Below, one piece after another: positions 14,039-27,122 of a stretch of DNA of 64,000 bases. Source of the stretch: Selaginella moellendorffii (taxonomy: Eukaryota > Plantae > Lycopodiophyta); contig NW_003314279.1 of NCBI RefSeq assembly GCF_000143415.4, positions 336,734 through 400,733 of the forward strand, read 5' to 3'. Within the stretch, counting starts at the first letter, position 1; the number at the start of each line of letters is the position of its first letter. A program made the position numbers and the translations under genes. The notes below the pieces were generated by a model, which saw only the letters and a program-made list of their open reading frames with translations, made no database searches and was not told the DNA's origin.

Positions 14039-15691
14039 TCATTCCCTGACTTGTACCCACACTGCAGTGCTCGGGATCCCCTGGTTGACAACAAACAACA
14101 TATAGTACGCCTGCGGAGCCAAGTTCCCGGTGGGAGGTCCCGTCCCGGTTACGGTGTAAGTCCTATCCCCAATCGAGACCGGAGTCGTGGAGCTCAAATG
14201 CACCAGCCGCTGGCCCTGCGAGTACGAGTGTGTGGTAAAGGGAGCACTGACGAGGCTAACCTCCAGCGTCCCGGTCACAGGCAGCGGTACAGTCACAGTC
14301 ACGGTAAACTCAAGCCCGTAGAAGAGCACAACCGGGGAGCCGATGATGGTCGGTCTCAAGCTCGCCAAGCCTTCGCTCAGGTACTCCGGAGAGAAGGTCT
14401 CCACTCGCAACTCGGTCGGGAAAGACCCGGTGAAAGTGTAGTAGTAGTGAGTGTTGCTCCCAGCGATGAGCACCCGAGCGTCCGGCAAGAGGTTGGCGGT
14501 GGAGTGGTACATCCTGGGGATGGAACTCGGGTTCAGGACCATGAATCTCAGGCCGTCGGGACCAGCGGGCTTGTAGAGCACGGGGTTTAAGCAGGGGATA
14601 TCGGACAGGCCGAAGCCTTGGGATCCGGCTTGAGCTCCGTTGATGATGAGCACGTCCCGGGAGGGGAGCAACACCATGTCTCCCATGTTTCGCTTGAAAG
14701 GCATGGTCTCCATCTTCCAGCGGGGTGACGGGTCCGATACCGCGAGCCGACCGCAGGTGTCCAGCGCAGGGATCTTCGCCTCGGGGTTGAGAAACGCTCC
14801 AAACTGGGAGCCGCCGCAGATGAGAACTTCCACCGCGGTGAAACCGTCGGCGGCGGAGAGGGGGAGCAGCACGGAGGAGCCGCCAGAGGGGTAGTTCCGG
14901 GGGCCGCCGGGGATGGCCGGGAACTTACGTAGCACCGCGTTGCGCTTGTAGTCGTAGAGGATGGAGTCGCGGTTGGCGAAGACGAAGAGGTTGCCGTCGG
15001 GGAGGAGATGGACGTAGGGGTAGAGGTTGTCCATCTGCATGTCGCGGGTGGAGCTCAGGAACGGGAAGGTGACGAGCTCGTCACCGGGTGACGGAGGCAC
15101 GAACTCGAGCGTGAAGCTGTCGCGGCCGCCGACGACGATGGTGCGACCATCCGGGAGGAGCTGGTTCGTGGCGTACCAGCGTCCTGCCTTGAGGGACTGG
15201 TCGCTGGATTCGACCCAGTCGCAGGCGCCCGGCTCGGGGCACGGCACGAAGTAGCGGAGCTTGCGGTTGCCGTCGAAGTCGCCGCCGGTGTGGAGGAGCG
15301 TGCCGTTGGCGGTGAACTGCGCGGAGGAGCACCAGGTGTCGGTGAGGATGGTGAGCGGGCGGACGGCGGCGGTGGCGACGTCGATGATGACCGAGTGGGC
15401 GGAGCAGTCGGTCTGGAGGGACTTGTCGGCGGCGTCGCGGCGGCAGCGGTTGTCCGTGAGGCTGATCTTGGAGGCGCCGATGTCGGTGCGGTCGAGGAGG
15501 AGAACGGTGCCGTAGTGGGTCACGGCGGTGTGCATGGAGGCGATGCCGGCGTTTGGGACGAGGAGCTGCCAGGTCCCCGGGAGCTGTGACTTTGTGGGGT
15601 TGGGATTGACGAGCAGCAGCAGCAACAGCAGCAGCAGCGAGAGGGAGATTGTCCTGGGCGAGCATTGCTGCTGCTGCTGCCGCTGATGCAT
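14039..15691 (-). CDS. Glyoxal oxidase / aldehyde oxidase GLOX-like (galactose oxidase family), secreted, intronless
   Basis: 550 aa ORF with a hydrophobic signal, GIASMH, DTWCSS, RWYATN, NLYP, RNYPS, RMYHSTA and THSYSQGQR copper-radical oxidase motifs. Confidence 0.93.
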   Translation of the reverse strand: MHQRQQQQQCSPRTISLSLLLLLLLLLVNPNPTKSQLPGTWQLLVPNAGIASMHTAVTHYGTVLLLDRTDIGASKISLTDNRCRRDAADKSLQTDCSAHSVIIDVATAAVRPLTILTDTWCSSAQFTANGTLLHTGGDFDGNRKLRYFVPCPEPGACDWVESSDQSLKAGRWYATNQLLPDGRTIVVGGRDSFTLEFVPPSPGDELVTFPFLSSTRDMQMDNLYPYVHLLPDGNLFVFANRDSILYDYKRNAVLRKFPAIPGGPRNYPSGGSSVLLPLSAADGFTAVEVLICGGSQFGAFLNPEAKIPALDTCGRLAVSDPSPRWKMETMPFKRNMGDMVLLPSRDVLIINGAQAGSQGFGLSDIPCLNPVLYKPAGPDGLRFMVLNPSSIPRMYHSTANLLPDARVLIAGSNTHYYYTFTGSFPTELRVETFSPEYLSEGLASLRPTIIGSPVVLFYGLEFTVTVTVPLPVTGTLEVSLVSAPFTTHSYSQGQRLVHLSSTTPVSIGDRTYTVTGTGPPTGNLAPQAYYMLFVVNQGIPSTAVWVQVRE

Positions 15692-18049
15692 TTCCTTCTT
15701 CTCCTCCTCCTTGCAGTGGCGATGGGCATATCAAGTCTTGGGTGCTCTTGTTTTCTTCCTGTTCTATGATTGAGCTACTTATTTTCTTTCTCTGCTTCCA
15801 AGCCTTTCCCTTCTAGCTAGGAGGTACTCACAGGACGTAAGGATCTAATCCTGGGAATCGATCGTTTTGCTCTGCTTCCTCTGCCTGCTCTGCTCTATCC
15901 AGATCGGGAATTCGGGACGCAATGTCTAGGCTCTATCTTCGCTGCTGCTCTATCTTCGCAGGTAAGAGATTGCAAAGAATGGCGACAGAAAGAATGGAGC
16001 CGGCACGGGAAAGAAGAGAAACAAGTCAAAGAAGATCGAAGAAAAAAAGAGAGCAGAGGTAAAGCTTTGGACACTCTTCCATAATTTAATCACCTTGTCA
16101 TCGTTAAAGCTAGTCCAAAGGCAAAGAGACAGGGTACACCTGAAAGTTTGAAACGAGGAACGAGGAGCATCAGCACAACGGGCGAAAGTTTATGGGGCCG
16201 GTTCTACTTCTTCCTCTATTTTTTTTTTTTTTTATGTTGGCCGCAAGAGATTTTCAAGACGAGAGAGAGATTGGGAAAGCTATTCAAGGAAAGGACACCC
16301 TGCCACCACTACAATTGCTCTGTTCTGGCAGAGAGAGAGAGAGAGAGAGAGAAGGGGGCGCGGGCAACCTGAGTGGTGGTAGCTTGATGGCAGCCTCCGA
16401 AATTGAGGCTGCCATCAATCACAGCACTTCTATAATGCTTGATGATGCTTCGATTGTATGTGCTTAAACGAAGAGCAAGGTTTAAAGTCCGTAGCATCCC
16501 TCATGCCACTGGCACCTCCCAGCTTTTCTTCGTCCATCTGTCCGTCCACAAAAAGTATCACCCCCTAGATCATTCTTTTGCTTCTGTTGAGATCTTAAAG
16601 ATTTGGGCTCGAACAACACCACCTGGCAATACCACAATGAGCAATAGCTCTCTACTCCCATTGCACGATTCTTATTGGTGTAGTGACCATTAGCGTCGTT
16701 CTAGCATGCGCAACAGGAAACGCATTTTGACACTGAAAAGTGCAACGAGCTGTTTATTAAAACAATACATATTGGATTGAATAAAACTTGCTTGCTATTC
16801 CTATTTAGTATTATTCATTAAATCTATCTGAAATGTTTATAATTTTATTAGCATTAGATAGTAGAATAAACTAGAATATACTAGGAAGTGTTTAAGTCTA
16901 TAAACTATAAACACGGGGAAAATAGATGTGGAAATTAAAAATAATATGAAGTTTCACTTGAGTTTAAAATTCAATGCTACTTAAAAATATTAGATAGAAA
17001 GTCACAAAATTATTTTCATAGATTTTTTTCAAAGCTCTATGGAACAAGTCACTTGCACAGCCCTGTGAAATTTATTGCAGCTAGAAAGCTTGTTTTCTTT
17101 TGTATTTTCATTTTAAAAATAACATACATTATTCTATCAAGTTTATCATTTATGAGTAAAGTGTTAGTATTGCATTTCCCTCTTTCTTCTGTGTTATAAA
17201 TTAGATTGTTAATAGTAATCTGATATTTCATCTATAAATAAAACTAAAATAATATATGATTAAGAAAAAATTAGAAGTTGCCTAGCTTTTTTTTTAATGT
17301 TGACTCAGTAAAACTAATATCTTAATAATTTTTTATATACATCTACGAAATTTCTAGCAAAATAAAAATGAAATAGAAAAAAGTTAGTTAAAGGAGTAAC
17401 ATTATCAAATATTTTTCTAGTATAAAAATAACGATTTAATATTTTAGATTCTAAGAGTATTGTATATACAAATTTTAATAAATTTTAAGACATGGTTAAG
17501 ATTATTAAATAGGATGCCATTTACTTAACACTAAATTATCATCTAGATTGTATTCATTCATGCATATTTTTTATTTAGTAATTATTTAAATAAAATAATA
17601 AAATATCATTAGAAACCATATTTTTTTATATTTTTGAAACTTGATAGTTGCTAAATCCATCATAATATAAAAAAAATTCATAAAGGTTAAAGGACTGTGA
17701 AATTATAATTTAGCTAAAATGTTATTTTTTAGAGAGTTTTATAGTCTAGTATTGTAAAGAAAATTAAGCACTTTGTATATTTGATTCTTTTTCTCTCTTT
17801 TGAGTTTAATATCTATCTATCTATTTCATGAATTTAATTAAATGGATTTTTATCATAAAGACTTCAAATGCCTAACTTGCGTTTATATATTTTGATCCAA
17901 AGTGGAATTTTTATGGTGGTAGTCTAAGATTTTGCCAAAAAAAACCTAAGGACATTTGGCACTTGCCTCATTAAGATTGGATTAGAGAATAATTATTTAG
18001 TATAGATAAATGGTGGTAAAACTGAATATCCTTTAAAACTTACATTCAG

Positions 18050-21000
18050 CTGGATCACTCAGCTGGAGACACGAGATACCAACAAGCATGGAACCTTCTG
18101 GATGAGCAAACTTACGAGACAATGCATCTGGCAATGTATTGGTGGCCCATGAATGATACGTAATGGAGAAATCCAAATGCCTAGAGTTCCTTCACCCACT
18201 GCATTTGTTTCTTGTTGAGATGCGGTTCTGTCACCAGAAAACGTATACTAACATGATCTGTGCACAGGCAAAAATGCCAAAAGGCAAAATAGTGCTTCCA
18301 CCTGCAGATCACGTGCACCATTTCCTGTTCGTACACTGGGGCCTGAGATTCCACCTTAGTGAATCTTCAACTCTCAAATGCCACAATCCCATGCTATTGA
18401 AGAAGAACTCCTCCTACCCCAAACTCCGATGCATAGCAAAATCTGGCAGAACCAACATAGGGGCCACCATTAGAGTCTTCTTGAGAGCAAGAAATGCTTC
18501 CTATGCTGCATTGAATGTTGAGACTTGCTGCAACTAAGGCATAGTGTTGGAGGTAATTTGCGAAGCCTAGAAATGCATGTAGCTGCTTCATAGACTGAGG
18601 TATTGGCTAGTCCCCACTACTTCAATCTTCCTCGGATTGACAAGCAGCTTTCCTTCCACCACCCTGAACCCCAAGTATTCCACCTCAACAGCACCAAAAG
18701 AACACTACCACCATACCTACCTCCTCCAAGGCCTGGAGAACCAACTCTACATGCTCCAAGTGCTCAGACCAGGAACAGCTGTAGATCAAAGAAAACCACC
18801 ACAAACTCGAACAGGAACCTCCCAAGAACTTTGTTCATCGTTGCTTGAAATGTTGCTGGAGCGTTAGTGAGGCCAAAAGGCATCACTTTGAACTAAAAAA
18901 GGCTGTGATATATACGGAAAGCTGTTTTGTGATTATCTGATTCCACCGGTAGTAACCAGAGCATAAGTGCAGCTTCATAAAGAACCAAGCTCCTCCCAAT
19001 TTGTCCATGAGTTCCTCCACATGAGGGATTGGAAACCTGTTCTTGACTATGATCCTGTTCAAAGCATGATAATCCACACACAGCTGCCACTAACCAGCAA
19101 AATTGGCACAGAAAATGGGCTGGAACTTGGCTCGATGAGGCCCTGATCCAAAAGCTCAGTGACCATCTTATCAACCTCCTGTCTTTCATCTCTAGAAAGC
19201 CGAAGGAATGGATGAGACATCGGGATAACATCCCTTTCCAATGGAATGCTCCACTCCAGTCCGAGCTGAAACTTCTAAGGATACTTGATGGTGGAAGATC
19301 AAAAGATGATGGAGTAGGACATCCCAAAGATCACCCTCGATCTGGAGGTGCAAGATATCTTGGCAAATCAACTCCAACTCCTTATCAACCTCACAAACTA
19401 AAGTTGTCTTGTCCGATGCTACCAAAATTGTACTGCATTCTCCACCCCTGTGTGTCCCCAACGACACAACTCATCGCTAGAAGAAGGTAACATGAAGACC
19501 TCTGCACCCTTCCCAACAGACTGTAACAGTGCGCAAATGACAAGGAAGACGCAGCTCTAGGTTGTGAAAGGCAAAACCAAGGCACCCGGTGTTTGCCATC
19601 TCAAAATGACAATTGCTGCTCCTGAAAGTTGACAGTGGTGTCCCCCAACTGCTCCACGCCCAGCACAATATCCCATCTCCCATTTCCGGAACATAGAAAT
19701 GTCTTGTCACTGAATATCCTTCCACCAGTAATGAGCACAGCACAGTTGAGTCAAGTTGACTAAGCCTCCATCTACAATCTCAACTTGCAAAGGATGAATA
19801 GCATCTGACAAAGACAATTTTAGCTTGGAAAGACTCTATTCACCAATGTTTGCTAAACACCCAAATCCACAACCAAAAGCCACCAGACCATTCACTGATC
19901 CTTGAAATGGAGGCATTGAACTTTCCCAGGTACACTGAACAAGAAATCAAAGCTCACATTGCCCCATCCTCCACTACATCTGAACTGATACCCCTATGCT
20001 CTTGGGATCTTTCCAAGGCCAGCGGTCCTTATCTCCCGATGAAGTAGTTCGTCACTGTCTGAGCGGTAGAAACTGCCTTTGTCTGCACCATATCGCCAGC
20101 CATAGAAGATGGTTGAGCAGCTACATACTGCTAGGCCAAAATCTCATTAGAAACCCCCACCACTTTGTAACGAGTTGAAGGTTTGATGAGTTTGGTGCTG
20201 CCAGTCATAATATAGGTCATAGAGTTTGTTCTTGAATTGTCATCTTCATCGTCTTGAATTGCTCTCAGTTTGGAAAAATTCTCACTCTCTTCAAGTTGTG
20301 GAAACACTCCGAAGTAAGATCTTTGAAGAAGATGGAAGCAAAAGGAACCTTGTCCACGTGTCTTCTTCGTGTCCCCCCAAACAAAGCATCACTCCAGCTT
20401 ACACAGCCAATCTTGGGGCTTGAGATGATCATTCTCTCCATCATATTCTGGAATGTTCAGCTTCTCACAATCTTACCAGTGGGAACCTGATGTCTGTCCC
20501 AATGCTTCCAACCCTCGTAGGCCACTGAAACATCAGCACCTCCTTGGTCTCAGAATCTGGTGCTGGAGTTTTCATCTTATCCAACAGATCAGCCAGATCT
20601 GGGCTCGAATCTTGGAACCAATCTTCATCACTGAAACAATGGATGACCTTTTGGATCACCGGGTCATTTCATCCTTTAGCTCGAGCTTCTAACCACTCCA
20701 AGCAATCTGCCAAAGATTGCTGCTGGTCATGGATCTCCTCAATCTTGGACGACTGAGAGGCCCAAGAATGCTCCAAAAGAGATAAAGAAAGTTGGATCTG
20801 TTATAGCCTCTCTTGATCTTGCTGATGGTTTTTCACATACCTCTGAAGGATTGCAACACCTCCTTCAGTTCCCCTACCGGATCTGGAATCACTTGCAAAG
20901 GTGAAGATGGTGACTCTATTGCATCTAGAGCACTCGCCTCTCTGTCCTCACTTGGTGAGGACTTCAGCTCAACCTTCTTCCCTTTCAGCCAAGGCATCTT
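18050..21000 (-). mobile_element. Decayed Ty3/gypsy gag-pol fragment (RT and RNase H)
   Basis: Frameshifted pieces IEPSSSPFSVP, DYHALNRIIVKNRFPIP..ELMDKLGGA, FLGFANY, ASEFGVGGVLLQ and DALSRK; many stops; no paired LTRs seen. Confidence 0.85.
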
Positions 21001-22359
21001 CTAGTGTCATCACTTAGATCTCAGCCACCCAAATCCCTAATTGCAACAGAAATAGCAAATATGAAATAGATGTTATAATGAGTCTTAAATTTCCATCAAC
21101 TCAATATGATGAGCTCAAAGGGGATTTATCAATTGTCAGCACAAGTTAGATATTGTATTAGTCAAATAAAAATGTCATAAGAAAGTGTAAACTCTTGGTT
21201 GATGAAGTTTGTATTAATATTGTTGTCACCTTAACTTAAAATAAAAAAGTTGGACTTAATGGAATTAAAGTGAGTAGTGATATGGAAAGATTTCAAAATC
21301 TGTGAAGAAGGAATGGAGCCAAGATGAGGAAAAGGAAATGATTTGTCTAATCAAATATCTTTTAATTATAAAGGTATTCACTATGAGAGTAGAGCATTCA
21401 CAAACAAAAGTATCCACCATGGATTGGATGTTTTAAATGATACATCTACCATACAAGCTTGAGGGCAAGTATGAAAATAGGGATATTACTCTTGGAAATG
21501 GCTTACCACAATACATGTAAAGGTGGTTCTTGATCTGACATCATTGTTACGCTATTGACACGTGGCTCAAATCTCTATTTTCACTTTGCCCAACACTTTG
21601 GAGCCCCCATCCTACCACTTCCATATGGCCAGCAAGTGGAACTAAATTAAGCCATCCCCTCCTCTTTGAGTGCACTATATCATCCTCTCTTATATGGGAT
21701 TCTTCTTGCATAGTGCAACAAAGAATTGGGGCTCTTAGCTCAACCAATTAGCAAGTTGAGTAGCCTTGGATTTGACTGGCCTCTTCTACTGTAACTGCTT
21801 CCATGTTTCTTGAAGGGACTTACTTAGGTGGGCCATATGGCAGATTTGGGATATTTTGTGAACACATGGGTAAATAGGGTTGAGTTTGACTGTTTGGCAT
21901 GTCTGGGTGGTATAACATGAATAAGAGGGACTTAAAAAGGGAATCACTAACTTAGCAATAACAAAAGAATATTCAAAAGAACTTGTTAATATATAATTTT
22001 CAATATCTATAGTCATATTGACAACAATCAAGTGTTAAAGCTTCAAACCAACATTGTGAAAGTTGCATGATCTTAAGCAAACTGCATTAACCCCTTGGCT
22101 AGCTCATATTTATTAGATAAAAACAAGATTAACTTGGCTAATCTAGATTGCAATATCACCACATTTGAGACCATTGATTGCTTTGAGACTATTTGCCATA
22201 TTTAGAGTTCTCTCATTGGTGTATCTAGACCTTATAATAATATTTTTACTTTTAGATTTGAATATTATGAATTCAATAATTTAGATATTTGACTTTATAC
22301 ATTGGATTATTAAGTCTAACAACCAGCCAAATTTTAAACTATGAAATAAAATAATTGAA

Positions 22360-22390
<31 letters not shown>

Positions 22391-22444
22391 GAGAAAGATG
22401 GTTTATTTGAAGATTTGTATTCCTTACTAAAATAAAATTTACTT

Positions 22445-22897
22445 ATGGAAGGAAAAGTGATCCTATGCAATTTTATCTTAATATTAATGGTCATCCAACA
22501 AGCAAAATCATTTTCTGCACCATCATTCCAAGATTGTATTAACACTTTTTCTATTGCAACTAATGTTGGAGATTATTGTAATTGTGCATCATTGGTTTGG
22601 CTCCAATTTTCTTTAAATGGTTTCCAACATGGTACTTATAGCTTCAGAATTGGTACTTTAGGCATCTTTCTAACAATTGGCTGGTTCCATGGAAGCACAC
22701 GTGATGACTTCATAGAAGCTATAGAAGATTTATGGGGAATATGTTTAGCTTATAATGAAGGTGGAGGAGTGATTTTGCTTAGAGATGGATCTTTTATGTT
22801 ACGGGTAGAACATGCTCGAGATGAGTTAAAAATATTTTCAGAAACCATCAAAGTAGATAATCCTGAGTTGCCTGCTAAATGCAAAGATTTATCTTGA
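22445..22897 (+). CDS. Small intronless Cys-containing secreted protein of unknown function (150 aa)
   Basis: Clean ORF in AT-rich DNA with an N-terminal hydrophobic signal peptide (..ILILMVIQQAKS), 5 Cys after the signal, and an upstream (TA)n tract at about 22364-22390. Confidence 0.6.
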   Translation: MEGKVILCNFILILMVIQQAKSFSAPSFQDCINTFSIATNVGDYCNCASLVWLQFSLNGFQHGTYSFRIGTLGIFLTIGWFHGSTRDDFIEAIEDLWGICLAYNEGGGVILLRDGSFMLRVEHARDELKIFSETIKVDNPELPAKCKDLS

Positions 22898-23416
22898 TTG
22901 TATATGCCTTTAAGCCTTTAATTTAAACATCACTTTAATTTATATTTTTCTTTCCAAATGATTTCTTCTCTCCTGAGAATTAAGAGAAACAACCTCCTGT
23001 TGTATCAGCTGCATTGGCAAATGAGGCCCCTATGCTCTGCCACCCATCTCACTTGAAACTTGGATGCCACCATAGTCAAGATTGGTCATTGTTTCAACCA
23101 CAACATCCAGCTGCACATCTAGGAGGTTGTCTTAGTGTATGCTAGGGGGTTGGAAGTTTATACTTTGCATGCTTGATGTCTTGCTCAAGCTCTATCTAGG
23201 GTAGTCTTCACTTGAGGTGTTAGAGATGTCGTCTCATTCATCACACTAAATCAAATTCATATCAAATTTATTATAAGTGAAAGGACAAAATTCTATCAAA
23301 ATTCTATCATAAATAAATTTGATATATCTTCCTTTTACTAGTTTACAAGTGTCAATTTCCGAGTCATGAAGAATACACAATTTCACAAATACTGACAACT
23401 GGCTATAGATCTATTT

Positions 23417-24290
23417 TCACGATCTCGGGAGCATGGAATCCAGATTTGATATGTCCAAACAGCAAGCATGGCAGTGTTGGAGTTGATTAGGTGAAAACTT
23501 GTCAACTGTGTCGAATTGGGTATGGTGATACCTTTGCATAAACACAGACAAGTGAATAAATATAGTTGAAGATAAATAAACATCCCAAAAGTACTAGTTC
23601 TGAAGTTGACATCTGGATACTTGAAAAGATTGCTAAAGCTTTTGGATGGACTGTTCTTAACTAATGGGTCCAGAGTCACTAGGCTTTCATAAAGAACTCT
23701 AGCATCACACTGAAAATATAGTTAATTTCAATAAAGAGGAAGACAAGAGATGCTTACCATGGGTGAAATGTCTATCCCTATGGAATGACCACTAATATTT
23801 CCAAATCCAATTCCTGCAAGTAAAGCTTTTTTGATCTAGCAAGGCCTTCTACAAAGTTGTAGAAGATAATTTCAAGTTGTAGTTATTGTATCTTTTCCAG
23901 AATGGATTGTGTATACTTTAAAAGAGATTGGTTTCATGATAGGAAGAAGAAAAAGAAAGGAGTATGAGGTTTAGAGATTTACTCATGCTTTAGTATTGCT
24001 TAACAACTTTTGTGTCATTTTCCTCATTCACACAATAACACTGCTTGAAGTGTGTGGTATGGCCTTAGTTTGAGTTGGTGAATAAATCCCACCACTTGAA
24101 ATGCAAAATGGATGGAGCTATAATTTGCTTCATAAGACAATAAATGAATACCTCCCAAGAAACAAATGCTCCATCAGCATCATCCTTTGTGCCATATGCA
24201 ATGTCCTAATGGCCTCCAAAGATGACCACCTCATCTGGCTTTTCTACACCTTTGATTTCTACAATCAAGTTTCTGGAAGTAGTAAGTTTC
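23417..24290 (-). pseudogene. Carboxypeptidase Q-like (peptidase M28) pseudogene, C-terminal half with introns
   Basis: Manual translation gives, in order: SRNLIVEIKGVEKPDEVVIFGGH*DIAYGTKDDADGAFVSWE, LKLRPYHTL..VNEEN, GIDISP, YFW|YHHTQFDTVDK, MLAVWTY, SMLPRS*. This is collinear with CPQ/PGCP motifs and carries stops and frameshifts. Confidence 0.75.
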
Positions 24291-24514
24291 ATCAAACAAA
24301 ACTATTAGAACTGGTATTACAAAGGCTTGTTGAGCTTGCAACAACATATTATATGTATTTACATGTTAGCATAATACTAGGGTAAAAGTGAACATGAGAA
24401 ACTAGGGCAAAGCAAAAGCTTGTACTAGTGAGGAAGGGGGAACAATCAAACTTGCTTTGATTGACACATGGCACCAGCAAATATTCCACCATATGGCCTA
24501 TTGCGTGGCAAGCT

Positions 24515-25972
24515 CTTCTAAGAACATGGAAGCACAAAGCTAGTGGGAGTACTAGTGATCCAAACAAATCTCTAAAGACCTAATAAGCCTCTCAGTCCAA
24601 CACATATGCAATTTTCAATTAGTCTCCCCATAGTAAAATTCAGGAAACCTTGCTCACTAGAAAATTTTCCCAACCAAGAAAAGATGGCACCCTATTCCTA
24701 GCTTTCAAGATCTAAATAGACTTGCAACTATCCTTTGTCTGCTTACATCTAGCAGATCACTTAGATCTGCTAGAATTGAGGCCAGGAGGTGCTGTGCTAT
24801 ATAGATTCCACTACATTGTGCTTAGATGAGAATCTAGTGAGCTCCAAGAAAAAAAAAAAAAGAATTACTGATGAAATTGCTCAAGGACACCCTGTTGCTA
24901 ATGGTTAACTATGAGTTATAAGTAAAACTCTCCAAAAACACTCTAAAGATCATGAGAAATAGAATGCAATCTCAATTTTCCTCACTACTTATTAAGATTA
25001 CACTTTTAAATGCCTTTAAACACTGTTAAACACTTCAGAAAGGGGGTGAGGCCCAACCTAACTTGTCACCCTCCTTTTCATAGCCAGCTCTCCCACCGAT
25101 TTACTCCAAATTTTTACAATCCTTTAGTGTAGATTTTCCTCCCATAACTCCTAAGGAATATCCATGCATCTCCATGTCATACCCTAGATACCATATTGAT
25201 CAAACATGACTTCTTCTTCTCCTCTAACTTCGCTTAGCTAAAATGTTTGTACTATCAAAATTTTGGGAATAGTCGAAGTCATATTTGATTGATATGACGT
25301 GTAGTGAAGATGCACAAATATTCCCTAAAAGTCATGGGAAGAGAATCTACACTAAAGGATAATAGAGATCTAGATTAAATCAGAAAAAGAGCCAATTATA
25401 AAGAGGAGGGTGACAATAAGGAAGGGTTAGACTAGGCCTCACCTCCTTTATAAAGTGTTTAATAGTGTTTAAAGGTGTTTAAAAGTGTTCTTAGAATGAT
25501 TTTAGTAAGTAATGAGGAGAATTGTGAATGCTAGTGAGATTACACTTTGTTTTCATAAGCTTTAGAGTGTTTTAGAGAGCTTTGCTTATAGCTCATGGTC
25601 GGCTATTGGCAATAAGGCATCCCTGAGCAATTTTGTCAAACAACCCTTTATTTGTTTCTCTTGTACCTTGTTAGATTCTAGTTTGGGCATAATGCAATGG
25701 AATCTACACAACACAGTGGCTCTTAGCTTCAATTCTGAGACCCTATTAGATCTAAACGGCTAAAGGACAATTGCAAACCCATTTAGATCTTAGAAGTTAG
25801 GAACAAAACACCACCTTTTCTTGGCTGGGAAAAGTCTCAAGTGAGCAAAATTTTCTAAATCTTGTTATGGAGATGGGAATTGTGTGTGCATTAGATTAAC
25901 GGGCCCATTTGCCTTAGATATTTTTCTGGATCACTAGTACTCCAATTGACTTCGTGCTTCTACATTCTTGGA
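24515..25972. repeat. Large imperfect inverted repeat (arms about 24515-25213 and 25275-25972, loop about 60 bp), with extra partial copies at about 26006-26137 and 26463-26705
   Basis: Paired landmarks: CAAACATGACTTC (25201) with GAAGTCATATTTG (25275); CCTTTAGTGTAGATT with AATCTACACTAAAGG; GAGTACTAGTGATCCA (24548) with TGGATCACTAGTACTC (25927). Confidence 0.85.
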
Positions 25973-27122
25973 GGAATTATGAGTGTTAGTGAGATTTCAT
26001 TTGATTTTTCATGATCTTTAGAATGTTTTGAAAAGTTTTGCTTGTAGCTCACGGTTGGCCACTGGCAATAAGGCATCCCTAAGCAATTTCATTAAGTAAT
26101 CATTTGTTTATTTCTCTTGCAGCTTACTAGATTCTTGTAAAAAAGTATATATACCTTAGAGTAAAGAAATATGGGGAGCTAAAGGTGGTAGTGAACAAGT
26201 AAGAAGTTGAAAAAAAATGAGATGAAAAAATGGTTGTAGGGAAATAATGTCCCTAGATGTAGAGATTCTCAAGATGCAGGGTGAGAAGGAATTTACAAAG
26301 CTAGCAAAAGAGAATAGCTAAAAGAAGCCAAGTGAAGCTAAAATGACTAATAGGGAACTTATGGAGAATGTTATAAAGATAAAAGAGAGGAAAGGGGAAT
26401 AATAAAACTCACCCTAATTAGCCAAGTCACTAATAGATATTTTGCCACAGCCAATTGCACAGGGAATTTCCTCACTAACTTTAAGAACACTTTTAAATGC
26501 CTTTAAACACTTTCCTCACTAACTTTAAAAACACTTTTAAGGGCCTTTAAACACTTCAAAAAGGCCTAGCTTAACCCTTTGCACCCTCCTTTTTATAGCT
26601 AACTTTCCCACCAATTTACTTTAAATTTTTGCTATCCTTTAGTGTAAATTCTCCTCCCAGAAGGGAATATTTGTGAATCTCCACATTACACCCTAAATAC
26701 CATGTTTGATTTCCACTCTTTCCAAGGTTTAGACCTTATGCTTGAAACAAAGCAAGCTAGCAAGCATTTACTCTTTGTTACATACATTTTGGTTTTCCAA
26801 CTCAATTTTACTTTTGAAGTTTCTAACACCCAATTTTTTGGATGCTAGATTTGGTGGGGTGGTAAGGATTGCTACTATAGTTGTGGCAAATGATAGATGG
26901 AGGAAAGTTAGTGTTACAAAGGGAATCTACATGATTTTTCCTCCAATATGCTCATTGAGGAGGTTCATGGAGTCCTTATGAAGACTACATTATCTTTGAA
27001 GGGGAGCCAGCGCACTAACTTAGTATTCTAAACACCAGATTAATCTAGTTGAATTTCTGATAGAATAGGCCAGTATATTCACACATATTCCAAATATACC
27101 CAACAGTTTTTTCTTGGCTCTA

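Noticed and set aside
16750-18040. 1.3 kb very AT-rich tract
   Set aside because: No termini, TSD, ORF or periodicity identified; left unclassified.
21050-22300. Possible copia or other gene remnants
   Set aside because: No motif could be reconstructed confidently by eye.
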